DNA of 64,000 nucleotides from Paraspadella gotoi (Eukaryota > Animalia > Chaetognatha): the NCBI GenBank assembly GCA_051294375.1, contig CM119263.1, positions 26,204,758-26,268,757 on the forward strand, in the 5' to 3' direction. Below the pieces are notes generated by a model. The model made no database searches. It had not been told where the DNA came from and was given only the letters and a program-made list of their open reading frames with translations. The stretch's first letter is position 1; every line of letters starts with the position of its first letter. Position numbers and translations under genes: made by a program. Of the stretch, positions 26,765 to 60,044 are shown in pieces.

Positions 26765-26824
<60 letters not shown>
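20352..26824. repeat. About 3.2-kb tandem duplication (about 20352-23630 vs 23650-26824), probably an assembly artefact
   Basis: Matched anchors 20481/23691, 22108/25306 and 23561/26718. The copies differ mostly by 1-bp indels and are bounded by (AG)n tracts and N-gaps. Confidence 0.85.
24637..25305. other. Assembly gap (others at 18366-18666 and 20327-20351)
   Basis: N runs. Confidence 1.
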
Positions 26825-26827
<3 letters not shown>

Positions 26828-27783
26828 TGAGAGACTGAAAGCGCAATCTTTTTTTCTAGTTTGTTCTCTCTTTTTATATGTATTTTCTGTTGACGTTGAA
26901 TCGATAAAGAATCAAGAAGGTTTTATTGAGGAGAGAAGGGGGGGATGAAGAGGAGGAGGAGAAGGAAGAATAGAGAAGCCGGGAAGGGGTGAGGTGCCGG
27001 TGAGGCACGGGGCCGGTCTGGGGTCGGGAAGAGAACTCTCGATGGGTCGAAAAAAAAAGGCGCAAGACGCTCGCCGACCTTTCTTTTTTTCATTCGTCCC
27101 TCGTTTTCGTCTTTTGTTTTACTTTCGTCAAATATTTTCGCCGTTTTATTTTTGCCTTTCGACTTCAATAACACGGACGGATAAAAAAAAAAAGTAGAAG
27201 AGAGGGCGAATGATTTGCGACGACACCGAAATGTCGATAATAACGACGTGCAAACAGAAAAATATCATGAAAAAAAGGAAGGAGACCGCAATGAAAAAAT
27301 AAAAAATAAAAAGGAGTCGCGAGAATTGAAACGTTGGAGAAAAATACTTCGGAAAAAAAAAGAAACGGATTATATATTTGCCAGATTGTAACAAAACGCC
27401 TCGACTAACTCTCATCATTTTTGAAACCAAAAAAAATTTTTTTTTCGTTTTCTATTTGTGACATTCTACAACTTTATTTTTATCGAATTAAACCTAATTT
27501 TACAGTTTTTAATTTTACAGTAATGCTTGACTACTTTTTTCTCTCTCTAAAAATGTATATCTTTCCTCTTCCACTTTCGCTTTCGAATTTTAAAGCTCTT
27601 GCACTTCCTTTTCTTTCACTTCCTTCCGGTAAAACCTCTTTCTATCACTGCCTTTCCCTTCCAGTCTATCCAGGCTCTCCGCTCTCTCGTTCTCAATTAT
27701 TTCTCTTTATCATCTCCCACTCCTTTCCTTCCCAGTCAAAACCAAGCTCTCGCTCTCCCTCCTACGACCCCTCGGCCCACGCG

Positions 27784-30700
27784 ATGGCGCTGGAGTACAA
27801 ACCGGGAAAGATCGCCATCATCGGCGCGGGTCGCGTGGGGATGTCGACGGCCGTTTCCATCCTCCTCAACAAAGTCGCCTCGCATCTCTGGATCCTCGAC
27901 AGCAACGAAGACAAACTCCGCGCAAACATCCAGGATCTCAAATCCGCCGAGGAGTATTACGACAGATGCAAACTCTTCGCCACCAAAAGTACGCAAGTGG
28001 TTCGTACTTAATGCTATATATTGTTAGCACATGCCAAGACAATCAACTGTTCAAGATTTGTTGTTTTGACATATTATTTTGGTTTTACAATGAGGAAGTT
28101 AAAGAGGAAGTAATTATTATTATGTGTTAGTGACAGAACCGTTCAATATAAGTAGTCCCTGAGGATGTAACACAGTGTTCCAGGCGGTTTTATGGCCCCC
28201 TCCCTCCTCACTGCTAGGCGACTACGGGGCTCTGTCACCAATGGCCGCTGATGAACTGATGGTGGATTTTAGTCCACCATAAAGCGTTCTTAATCTTAAA
28301 CTGTTATCGTTGACCTTAGTTTAATTTTTTGTAACTGTTTTGAATTTGATTTGTTACATGTCTTATTTTATAATTAATTCCATCGATTTTGTCAATATAG
28401 CAAGGGAGTGACATGTGTGATGCCTGGGGTGTGAGGTATCTCCCAACAGCTGGCGCTCAGGGATTTGGACTGGCGTGTTTGTGCCAACACCATCACACTT
28501 TAACCAGCGTTACCGTGCGGGTATTGAACCCAGAACTCACGGTTGGTGAACGAGTACTTAGCCATCCAAGCCAATGGGACGAGCTGAGTTTCACCAAGCT
28601 ATACGGGAGGCGAATTTAGGATTCGCCACACATGCTCCACAAAATCCACAAAATCCTGTCAATAAATCATTTTTATCATATCAGGAAATCGAATTATGAT
28701 CCAATATGCAAAAAAATTATGTCCATCCGTCAGTCCGTCCATCTGTCCTTCCTTCAGTCCGTCTGTACCCCCTTATCATTAAACTCCAATTACTCGTGAT
28801 TGGATGGATGAATTAGAATGAAATTTTGTGTGTGGGTAGGAAAGTATGTGATTAATCGGGATATAAATTTTTGATGGAATCGTAGGAGTGGAAAAGAGTT
28901 CAAATTAGAAAACCAAAAGACCAAATTATCCCAGTTGACAAAATTATGCCCGTAGACCAAATTATACGTGTTGACTAAGGCGTAGTAAAATTTCTAAATT
29001 TAACTTTAATTAAAATTCTAAAAGTAAGGAACGGACAACATTATACTAATGAACATTTATGTAATAAAAAAATTTATAATAAATTTACAATTTACGCAGA
29101 AGGCCATATTTATACTAGTACTAAACCAATAAATGTTCAAATTTTAAAACAATTTTATCTAAGTTTTTTTTGCAGATTTGGATTTGTCATAAAAAGTTGA
29201 TAAAAAGAAATATAACTCTTTTTGAAAAATTCCTTCATTAAGTGGGTCAAAAATTAGAAAAAGCTATATTTTAGGCTGAAAATTAACTTTTTATATATTA
29301 AATATAGTTTTTTTAGATTTTTAACCCACTTAATGAAAGAATTTTTAAAAATGATTTATATTTTCTTTTAACAACTTTTGACGAGGAATTTAAATCTGCA
29401 ATCAAAATTAAGAAAAGCCTATTTTGAAATTTTTCGATTTTATTTATGAAAATTTTCAAATTACTTGTTTCACTATTTTCTATTTTTATATTTTATGAAG
29501 GATTTATTTTTTAATCTACATTCTTTAAATATATATCTTAAAAATATTTTACTTATCATTAAATCTAACAACTCATTTTGTTTTATTTTATAAATATAGC
29601 CTACTGCGAAAATTAAAAAACATAAAATAAATTTTTTTTACAAATTAATGTTTACTGATGGTATGTTGTTCATAATTTACTTTTAGAATTTTTGTATGTA
29701 ACTTTCACTACGCCTTACTGTTGACCATATTATGCCAGCTGACCGAATTATGTCAGTTGACCAAATTATGCCAGTTGATCAAATAATGCAAGTTGATTAA
29801 ATTATGCAAGTTGATCAATTAATTTATAGATTTTTTTCATAGATTTATTAAGAAGTCTGTTATGTTTTGTTATGTTACGATTAGTTATGATCTGTAAAGA
29901 TCACAAATTAAAAGTGAAAATTATCTTGATTGATCATCTTATTAGCTTATTACCGCTTAATTAATGTAGGCAGATCTGACATTGTTTGCTCAAACTCGTT
30001 AAAACTAGACGCTTCCATTTGTTCCCCTCGTTCCTTATGCCCTTTCCCCCTTATCGCTAACCATCTCCTCAGACTCTTTGGTTTTGGCAAAAATTATTTG
30101 ATGGATCGAAATTTCTCAGATTTTGATTTTTACTTCGTTTTCTTATATAAAAAAAAACAAAAAAAAACTCGATTAAACATCTTAATTTTTTCTATTCGTC
30201 AGATTACACGGACATAAAAAATGCGGACATCACGATCCTTTGCGTCGGTTGCAAGTACACGTTGTACGTCGACGAAGAGGACGAAATTATTCGACGGAAC
30301 GTTGAAGCTTACAAAGGTTATCTTGGGGTCAATAAGGGCTCGATCTGGGTGGCCACGTGACCTAAGAGGTCAATTGAAGTGATTCAGCAGTCGTTAAATA
30401 GCAACAAATTCAATTTAAGGCAAAAAGATGCTCAATGTCGAGTTGTGGAAGGTTCATTAAATCTTAGACCATTTTCGAAAAAAATTGAAAACAATTTTTT
30501 TTTCAGAAATTATTCCCAAAGTGAACAAAAAAACAATCCTTCTCGTCGCGAGTCATCCAGGTATATCGAATTCCAAAAATAAAAAACAAAACCATTAAAA
30601 TTATAAATCAAAAATTAAAAAGGTCAAAAAAATGAAAAGAAAAATTAAAGGAGAAAAGTTTTTTTTAAACAACGAATTTATTTAACATTAAAATGGACAT

Positions 30701-32245
30701 GTTTCAGCTTCAATGTAAGCCTTCATTTAATTCTAAAAATGTAAATAAACAAGCGATCTTGTTCCTGACTTTGGGCTGGCTTTGAGATCGCCTTCATCGA
30801 ACATTTCAATTTTTGTTATCCTCATTCAATCGCCCCTTTCAATCCTTCCCGACCGACCGACCAGTGGACGTGATGTCGTGGGTGGCTTGGAAACTGAGCG
30901 GCTTCGATCAGGACAGAGTGATCGGGACAGGGCTCGATCTCGCGACCGCCAGCTACAGGAACATCATCTCGTCAGAGCTCAAGCTTTCCGGGAAAAGCTG
31001 CATGGGCTACTTGCAAGGATGCTACGGAGAGGACATGTGTGAGAGAGATATTAATAATTATTAATAATGATAATTTTTATCGCCTTTTTGTTAAATTATG
31101 TTTCGTTGCATGAGAGAAGAGAGAGAAGAGAGAGAAGGAGAGAAGAGAGAGAGGAGAGGAGAGAGAGAGGGAGAGAGAGAGAGAGAGAGAGAGACGAGAG
31201 GACTCACAAAACAATAACCAACCTTCTTTTCCAGTTCCGATCTGGGCGGGATCGCAAGCGGCGCTGACGAGAGGCGGTAAACAGGCGCCCAACTTCAACA
31301 TGTTCAAAGACCGCGTTCTTTCAGAGTCAGTCGCCGCGTTGCAGTGTTGACGGTGCCGAAGAATTGCGGTGACCATCGATTGCAGTGCCGAAAGTTTTAG
31401 AAGGCATTCTTAGAAAAATGCAGTGCCAATTGGGAGTTAGCTTGGCTTTTGTATTTTTCGGTTTGGGATAGGCCCAAGTATTTTTGTCCTTAATGACCCA
31501 CGGTGACCTTTCACAGACTTGAGGAACTGCAACGGTACAAGGGATACGCGACCTCATCCATGGGTATGATCCTCTGCAATCTCTGCATCGACATTTTGGG
31601 AGACAAGAGGATGACACACGCAGTCAGCGTTCTCGTCAAGGTATCACTGTGTTAAAATTGATTAATAAAAAAACAAATGTAAAAAAAAAAGAAAATAAAA
31701 GATGGTTGGGAGTGTTGAAAAGAGGCGGAATATAAAAACGTTCGAGACTTATTTTTATAAAGATTAAATTTTAATTTTTGTGGTCTGTAAAAAGCAGACT
31801 TTGTTTAACCTAACATACTGAACTAAACTATTAGGGCCTCTACGGAATTCCGGACGAAGTCTTCCTCAGCCTCACAACTCAAATTGGAGCCGGTGGCGTG
31901 GTTGAGGTACGTAGTGTAAATCTACATTAATATACATTAATACATTAATATACATCAATATACATTGATTCATTAAAAGGACACTTCGGGCGAGTTTGTA
32001 AGGATGAACTCACACATTACTCCCAATTGTTGAAATGTGTCAGTTACTGCGTTATTTATAATTTATTTTCAGAGCAATGATAGCGTATACTGTAATTGGC
32101 AATGCGACATTTTAGGATTAGAATTTTTACTCAATTTTATTTCATTTCTCAGGTTCTTCTTCAAAACATCGGAGGCGTTGAGGTCAACTTGCTCAAAAAA
32201 TCGTCGGGGAAATTAGCGGAAATCTGCGGCGGCTTAGGAGTTTAA
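27784..32245 (+). CDS. ldh: L-lactate dehydrogenase-family protein, 308 aa, catalytic residues substituted (probable pseudoenzyme)
   Basis: Exons 27784-27988, 30203-30316, 30507-30560, 30865-31038, 31235-31325, 31517-31640, 31835-31906, 32153-32245; all GT-AG and in frame (927 nt). Motifs: [70 protein letters not shown] at about 32419. Confidence 0.93.
28396..28630 (-). mobile_element. Diverged solo LTR related to the 8863-9572 TRIM
   Basis: Shares tgtgat.cc.gggg.g.g.ggtatctc, tggc.tgttt, cacc.tcaca.tttaa and attgaaccc blocks, and the TAT..GCCACA termini. A shorter relative lies at 43995-44171. Confidence 0.65.
28979..29714. mobile_element. MITE with GGCGTAGT termini
   Basis: GGCGTAGTAAAA..TTTCACTACGCC; inverted homolog at about 15599-16185. 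It interrupts an 18-bp tandem array (gttgaccaaattatgcca) at 28919-28978 / 29720-29820. Confidence 0.6.
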
Positions 32246-33907
32246 ATGGCAGGCGAGATTGCAAGATGCCGCTCTACTGTAAATGACGATACTGCATACA
32301 GATGTCTCCGCATCCGTCGACTGTAGATGGCGTCTATCATAAAGAAGAACAAAGAATTGTCACGTTTGCTTTACAAACCCGTAGCTTTTATTCCCTTGCT
32401 TTTCAAGAAATATTAATTAATAAAGTTAAATTTATTTTTTTTAATTAAAATTAAGAAGGGTTATTTACGTATATGTCCGTGAGATTTTTCCTTTTTAATT
32501 ACAATACTAATTCTTTGCATATTTTAATTTAACTTATCACTTTTTTCAATTCCTTCCATTTTAACATCGAGTTTCTAACATCAGTTCATAAATTTTGAAA
32601 ATACTCATCGGCCTTCCGATTTGAATAATTACCGAGTAAATTTTATAATTTTTCTGTTGAATTTTAAACATATTATTAAACAAAACAAGAGCGGGATATG
32701 ATTTTTAATGCAATAGGCGAGTTAGAGAAAAAATGATAATCATAGAGATCGCTTTTCGATGAATAAAAGTTTTCTTGTTCAATTGAAAACAAATATTTGA
32801 AGGTTGATGAATATGAAATTGTTATTATAGAAAAAAGGACGTTGTCCTTTTGTTAACAAACTCAAGTGTATGAACGACGAATAGCAGGTAACATCGCGCA
32901 GCGGAAATTAAGTCGTGAATTCGTCATTATCAATATCAGAGTTATTAATCAACAACGGCGAACATATGATTCTGCTAAAAGTAACAAAGTTTATAAGTAA
33001 AGAGTAAAGAGTTATATATAAGGCCAAGGATTTATTATTTGTAATAGATTCTCGTTCAAATTTATAATATTCAATTAGGCTGGTACAGTCTATAGACGTA
33101 GTTGACCTCCGCTTTTAATATCATTTATTTTATAGCGCGATTCGATCATTCTCAGTGGTCTGTCTGTCTTTGTTTGTATCTCCAACTCTTTTAGTTCGAA
33201 CTATGAGAATCAGTATGACCATGGATAAATTAAGATGAATTCGAGAATGTAAATTTTACAAATATTACAAAGAAAACAAAATCATTAATTCAATCATAGC
33301 TGCTGCTTGAATCATTTCTCAATAAACTTTTCCGCTTTCCAATCCTCTATCAATTTAACTTTCCCTTAATTCCGTTAATTAAATCCAAGACGATTCTATC
33401 ACCACTGCCGCATCTGCCACTCCGCCATCCTGCCACTCCTGGCGCCGAAGTGACATTTCAATTTCCAACATTCGAAATCAACGACTAAAGAAAAAAAAAT
33501 TATTTGTTTTGGTTTTTCGGTTTCAAAATCCAAATCCAAATCCCAACAGGAAAAAGAGTTAAGTCACATCAACGCCGGATGATAAGACTCGGGTAATACC
33601 GACCGCCAAAAATCTAAAGTTATCTTTTGTTAAACCTACCCAAAATAACGTAAAAAACTACATAAGCTAAACAAAAAACTAAGCAAACATTAGTGAATCC
33701 GCAATCAGCTTTGTGTTATATTCTAAAATTAAAGGGAACTTGTTTTTTCATTTCTTTTAATTTTCGACAAAGAAATTATATCCTCAAAATAATATTAGAC
33801 AAAAGTACAAAAATTGGGTAAGACAATCGGACAATTGCTTTGTATAATACAGTTTATTAAATACAACAAAATTAAAAAAAAAGGAAAAAAAAAGAACGGA
33901 AAAGTAA

Positions 33908-53701
<19,794 letters not shown>

Positions 53702-54939
53702 GATTCGGAGACTAAGAATTGATTTATATGCGCTTTTGTCTCCTCACCTTTTTAACATTCCACTTCACTTTTTTTTTGCTGATTAAGTGTTTTCTCCCGC
53801 AACGAAAAGCGGATTTTGCCGCGTTTTGCCACATGAACTAAAAATGTTTATTAAAATATATAATGATTATTTAATAATCAATTAATTTGATCATATCGTC
53901 GCAGAGGAATCATGAACGTGAAATCGGAATCGGATGAACGACTCGAGACAAATCCGCCGGAAGCTAAATGGAACTCATTAAAGAATATTAGCTAATCTAC
54001 ATACGTGTCACTTGCCTTTGATTCTCCGTTGACATTATTCTCAACACGAGGTAAATGCATCACGCTTGATGCGGAAATGAAACGATGCTTCGATTCAGTC
54101 CCCCCCCCCTCCGCCACCTGTTCCCCACTCTTTTCCGCGACAAGAGATAAATAAAAAGAGGAAGAGACGCCCCGATCCGTCTTTCAAAACCCCCGGGGTT
54201 TTCGAGGCTTAGTTCCGCTGTTTCTCGAAATCCCTTCCGCATAAATTTCAAACGATCTTGCTGCGTCGTTGCTTCCTTTGCGGAATTCAGGACCTTCGGG
54301 GTGCAGTTGTTTCTGGCATCGTTGCAGTTTAAGACAATGCGCGGTTGAATTTGTTGTCACATCTGCTGCTCTGTTTTTAAAACTGAGTCGAGGTTCCTTA
54401 GAAATATACGACTTTAAACTCTTGTGTCTGTGCGTGTATTATGCTCATTGCTCAAAGCATGGATTCGTTTAGATTGAGGTTTAATTGGGCAAAGTCAAAG
54501 ATTTTTACGGGGTCCCTTAAAATCTTTCATTTTGTATTTTTTTTTTTTTTTGTGCTTTTTTTTCTTCGTGGCGTCAGGACGAATTAACGACTAACATATT
54601 TTTATTTTATTATGTCGTGATGAAAAAAAGGAATATAATATTAAGTTATGACGTACTCTTTAAATTTAAGATATTTATGATATTCTTTACAAAAGTAGTC
54701 ATTCGTTTAATCAATCCCATATTTTTGCTTCAAATGTTTTTTCCTTTCCTTTTTATGGGGAAAAAAAGTCGACAACCTTAAAAATTATTTTTTTTTTTAA
54801 ACAATGAAAAACGATTTATTCGAGCTAAAACTTGGACTTTTAAAATTCACATTTCGGATGAACGACCGAAAAAATAATAAAAGACAAAGCAATGAAACAA
54901 TGAATAAGTTATAGTCGTTTCTTCTTTCTTATTGCAGCC

Positions 54940-54984
<45 letters not shown>

Positions 54985-55014
54985 GACATTACCGGGCGTT
55001 TCTCATCCGGCGAC

Positions 55015-55112
55015 AACCAAACCATAGATTGACTTGTGCTGTGGCCAAACCAAACCATAGATTGACTTGTGCTGTGGCCAAACCAAACCATAGATTGACT
55101 TGTGCTCTGGCC
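55015..55112. repeat. 33-bp tandem repeat x3
   Basis: aaccaaaccatagattgacttgtgctgtggcca repeated head to tail. Confidence 0.9.
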
Positions 55113-55240
55113 GCCTTTTAACAGATAAAACGATGACGTGGGAAATATATTTTTCTCTTACTATTGGCAGCTGTATACGATTCCATTCGAAAACAAGACT
55201 TTTTTCGGAACTGTTTGCCAAAAGATGAAATTAAACAAAA

Positions 55241-55380
55241 CCGCCCACTCACAGCGCCATGTTGAAAACGCCATTTGAATTCAATTCAATTTTAAACTTT
55301 TTATTAAAATTACGTTTTTTGAAGGAAGGGCTTGTCGTTATTTAAATACGGAAGCAAAACTCGAGGCGTTTGACGTCAGC
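55241..55380. promoter_or_regulatory. Promoter-like motif cluster
   Basis: CCGCCC, two YY1-like CGCCATNT, TTTGAA, CGGAAG and palindromic TGACGTCA within 140 bp; the target gene is unknown. Confidence 0.3.
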
Positions 55381-55611
55381 AGCTGGTCGCGAAGCTCAAG
55401 CTCAATATTTCTATTCATCTTTAAAGAAATTGTTGATAACGCGAAAAACACCTGGACTCAATATTTTATTTTTCTTTTAACAGAGAGTACTCGCGAAGCA
55501 ACTCTGTAAGTCACTTTTCGGTCGGTCTGTCGATCTGTCTGTCGGTCGGTATGTCTGTTCGTCGATCATTTATCAAGGCAGAAAAAAACCTAAAATCTAG
55601 GTGACTCTAAG

Positions 55612-57002
55612 TAGAGTTCCGATAACCGTTAATTTTTTAGGAAATTCGCTTAAGCGTTAAAACTAACATTTTTAACGGTTAACCGTTAAGAACGGTTAAT
55701 TTTATAATAATAATCAAGATTGTAAAAAAACAATAAAGTATTTATGGTTATTTTCTCTTTAACTTGGCTCTTGAATGCGCTGATAAAGACTTGAAACAGA
55801 GTCGAAAACATGTCTATTCTTTATGTCAAATAAAATTGTTGTTGTAACCACAACAAACATTTTTGCTAATCTCAATAACACAACGAAATGAAAGGATACC
55901 ATCAAATTCTAATTATATTTGTTTTCTTTTCTCTCTTTTGCTTTCTCTTTTTCTTTCTCTTACTCTTCTATTCCCCATTATTGTAGTTGTTAGTTTCTTA
56001 AACGCTTGTTTTCTGTTGTTAGTCTTTCATAAACTATGACCAATTGTCATTGACCATAAATATAATAATATGAATTTTGAGTAATAACCTTTCTTTTTCG
56101 TTGTTGTAATGTATTTGGGCAAAATGATTTTTGTTTCACAACGAATTTTATTTAATCATAGAAAACGTACATGTTTCGGCTTTGGATTCAGTTTCAGCGC
56201 TTGACGGACTGTCAAAGCCGAACATGTACTTTCTATGATTAAAAAATATCAGTTGTGAAACAAAATATTGCCAAATATAATTTTAAATTATTGATAGACT
56301 GGTTGATTTATCGATTGATCAAAATATTTATTGATTAATAAATATATTTTCAGTTTAATTAAAAAAAGTATATCATCATTATTCTTTTTTATATGTCTTT
56401 TTTAAGATTCATTCCTTTCTATTATAATTTTTAAATTTTTTAAAATAATTTTTTTATTTTAGTTTTATTCATTTTTTTTATTCATTTGGTTTTATTTCAT
56501 TTGCTTCTTTGTTAATTTTAAAGAGGGAAAGAAAAAGAGAGAAAAAGTAAAATAAGAGGGATTATTTATTTTTAGCTATGAAAGGAGCAAAAAAGGAAAA
56601 AGGCAAAAGCAAAGGCGCGAAAAAAGGAGAAAAAAGAAAGGGGGAAAGAAAAAGGGGAAAGTGAGAAAGAAAAAGAAAGGAACAGGAGGAGATAAATAAG
56701 GGAAGAAAGAATAAGAGAGAGATGAGGATAGAAAAAAAAGAAGAAAATAACAAAGGAAAAAAGCAGGGAAAAATTGGAGAAGAGAGAGAGGGGTAAAATA
56801 TGGTGAGAAGGGAGAGGAGAATAAGAGAGAACAGAAAAAAAATATTTTTTTTTTTAATTTAAAGATTTCATACCAAAAAATGAAAATAAAAATCACATTT
56901 GAAAATTAACCGAATTTAACCGTTAAAATAAATGTATTAACGGTTAAGTTAAAATTTTTAACGTTAATACACCGTTAACAGTTAACGGTTATCGGAACAC
57001 TA
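55612..57002. mobile_element. hAT-like non-autonomous TIR element
   Basis: TIR TAG[A/T]GTTCCGATAACCGTTAA at both ends, subterminal AACCGTTAA repeats, and flanks actctaag / actgttag (degenerate 8-bp TSD). It lies inside a second GTCY-type repeat (55480-57025; homolog at 42735-42887). Confidence 0.6.
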
Positions 57003-57164
57003 ACTGTTAGCGCCGCCTTCAGGAATAAAATACGGAATTGCGATGCAATACATACATACAAATATTTTTAGTCAAGTCATGTCATGTCTTATCATATCAA
57101 AGAGAAATGCTCGTGAAAATAAAGTCACTGTGGCGCAACACATTGGAATCACCGTTCTTTTTTT

Positions 57165-58090
57165 TAGTCGGATCTGCTTTTCAGCAGATTCCGACTCTAT
57201 AATTCACTTTGTCGGTCCGTTGGTCTGCCCCCTCAATCTTATTAAAAATTCACATATATCACGTCAGAACATCGAATTATGATAAATTATGTAAAAAAAA
57301 ACTATTTCCGTCCATCTGTCTGTCTGTCTGTCTGTCTGTCTGTCAGTCTGTTTGTCCCGCCTTAGCAAAATTTGCAATTACTCGTGATTGGATGAATGGA
57401 TTGGAATGAAATTTTGTGTGTGGATAGGGAAGTCTGAAATTGAGCAAGATATGAAGTTTCGATGGAATTGTGCAAGTGCAAATAAGTTTAACTGGAAAAA
57501 ACAAAAAAATATAATTCACTATTTGAACGCCAATTACTCATGAATGGATAGGACGAATTGACTTGAAATTTTGTATGTGGGTAGGAAAGTGTGTGATTAA
57601 GCTGGAAATCAAGTTTCGATGGAATCGTCTCAGTGGAAATGAGTTTAAATAGAAAAAACAAAAAAACTTGTTTCACTAATTTATTATGCTTCTTTTTCTT
57701 TTTATATTAAATGCAAATGCAAGATGTATTAATTCATCAAATAATTAATCAGTTTAATAATCAATTAGTTGATTAATTAATCAATAATTAAATAATAAGT
57801 AAATTAATCAATCAATCAATAAATTAATTATTAAATCAATAAATTATTTATTTATTAATTAATTATTCAATCATTCAATTTATTTATGAATTAATTAATT
57901 ATTTAATCAATCAATCAATCAAATCAATCGTTATTCGCATTATTGTCGTCGTCGCCATAATCGTCGTTGTTGCTTTTGTCGTGGTAAGTGACGAAAAGAC
58001 CTAAAAACAAACATTTTGGATCAAATTAATTTATTATTTAATTATTGCTAATGATCGTGGGCAGATCCGACATTGTTTGTTCAAACTGGT
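57165..58090 (+). mobile_element. DINE-1/HINE-like element copy (full length)
   Basis: AGTCGGATCTGC-tttca-GCAGATTCCGACT hairpin, (GTCT)n, subterminal GCAGATCCGAC; inverted homolog of 3768-4731. Confidence 0.7.
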
Positions 58091-60008
58091 TTCTTTTTCG
58101 TCTCCATTGCCCTTCTTCATCTTTCGTTCGATGATTTCTTTTCTTTTTTTTTTTTTCTTCTTTATTTTCTTCGCTTCTTCGTTCCTCACCAGGATTATGA
58201 ATATTCAAGAATGTCTCCGGAGGTTTATTTGTGACGTTGAAGACCCGATGAATGACTTGCTGTTGTGTTTGCTGGCAGCAATGGAATAAGGCCGAGGCGC
58301 TTAAATTCCATATGATCAAGCCGCAGATAAGATCTCTTTCCCCACGAGAAATAAATTTATGCATTTGAATCGCGCGTCAAAAGCTCGGAAGTCGGAGATT
58401 AAGTTGGTAATTTCAGAACGACGCCTTTTAACGAAAGTGAGGTAGCCACCTCCGGCGCAGATGCGTGAATGTACTTTTTAAACCGGGCCTCCATTTCGTC
58501 TCCTCAATCCCGGTGTTATCCAAGCCGGCGCCATCTCTGCGACTCCACCCCGGCGCCTTCCTCCTACGTTTCCACAGGCGTTACCGCCCACTTCCAGTCA
58601 TTCCTCGCGACGCCTTTGCACGCTCGAGGGCCCCTCGTCTCCGCGTCACGGATCGACGAAGAGTCTCGCCTGTCGTTTCCGGTTTAAAAAATGAAGCTTT
58701 TCTACCTCTCTCTTCTCTCTCTCTCTCTCCTCTCTCGTCTCTCTCTCTTCTCTCTCTCTCTCTCTCTGTTGCTTTTACATGAGCTCTTTCTCTCTCTCTC
58801 TCTCTCTTCTCTCCTCTCTCTCTCTCTCCTCTCTCTTCTCTGTCGTTGCATCTCATCTCCGTCTGTCTCTTGCGATTCCTACTCCATGTTTCTCTCTTAT
58901 CCCCTCCCCAGCTTAAATTCGTGATCCTTTAATCTCTTTCAGCCAATGGAGCGGATTTCGGACGCTAAGTCTCTCCAATCAGCAAGAAAAGAATGGCCGC
59001 CGGTTGAAAAATTCAGTCAATCTTCGGCCAACTTTCCACGCCATTCAGAAAGAAAGCTGAGGGTCGGTTGTCGGGTGATTTTTTGAAAAAAAAAAAAATA
59101 AAAAGAATAAAAAATTAAAAGAATAAATGAATAGAATTCAGAATTTCAGAAAAAAAAACTGTGAATTCGTTGAATCTTTATTCCAAATGCTCTCGAAAAA
59201 AATTGGGATAAAACCAAGCTCAAAACAAACTCATAAAACTAAGAAATGCGCGCCCCAATCGAGGAAACGAATGGCTTTAAATTACGTCGAAATGTTCGTC
59301 GATACGACAACGACAACAACGACAACTCGAACAAGAAATTCGCTGCGGTGAATTGGAACTGAATCAAGTCTGGGAGTTTGGGGTGGGAGGTGGAGTGAGA
59401 GTGAGATGGAAAATAGTTTGGGAGTGAGGAGAAAGATGGTGAACGTTTAAGGATAAGGAAGAAATGTGAAAAATGGGAAAAAGGTTTCGGAGAAAAAGAG
59501 AGAGTGAGACGTGATAGTGAAAAAAAAAGGAAATAAGGAGATAATAATAATACTTGATAAAGAAATGGAAAAGAAAAAAATACTGAATTCTTTTTGGATG
59601 GAAGAAAAAGAAAGAAAATCAACAATGGGAATAAAAGTAAAGCTTGGTTGACTCTAAAAAAAAAGGGAAAGATCTTTGCTATTCATTCCGTCCAGACGAC
59701 CGCTTGGAGAGAGAGAAAAAAAAACCCCGAGCTTGGTCCCGTGAAAAGAGGGGATAACTGTACTTTTTAGTTACATTTGCATATTTTTAGACTCAGCAGT
59801 TCTGCCCGGTTAGAAACGAAACAGAAGTCGACGGAGCGAAAACCCGTCGCTCGGAAAAAAGTCCTTCGACGCCGAATTGAAAACGATTCGTTTCGAATCT
59901 GATTTTTTTTTATTTTATTTTATTCAATGTTTTGTGTATCCTTAAACTCGCGCGCCAACGTTTATTTACAATATTCTGGTCTTTGCCGATGTATATATAA
60001 AAATCCGG

Positions 60009-60044
<36 letters not shown>

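Noticed and set aside
27784-32245. Malate dehydrogenase or bacterial horizontal-transfer interpretation
   Set aside because: It lacks the MDH arginines, its motifs ([20 protein letters not shown]) are animal-LDH type, and it has seven spliceosomal introns.
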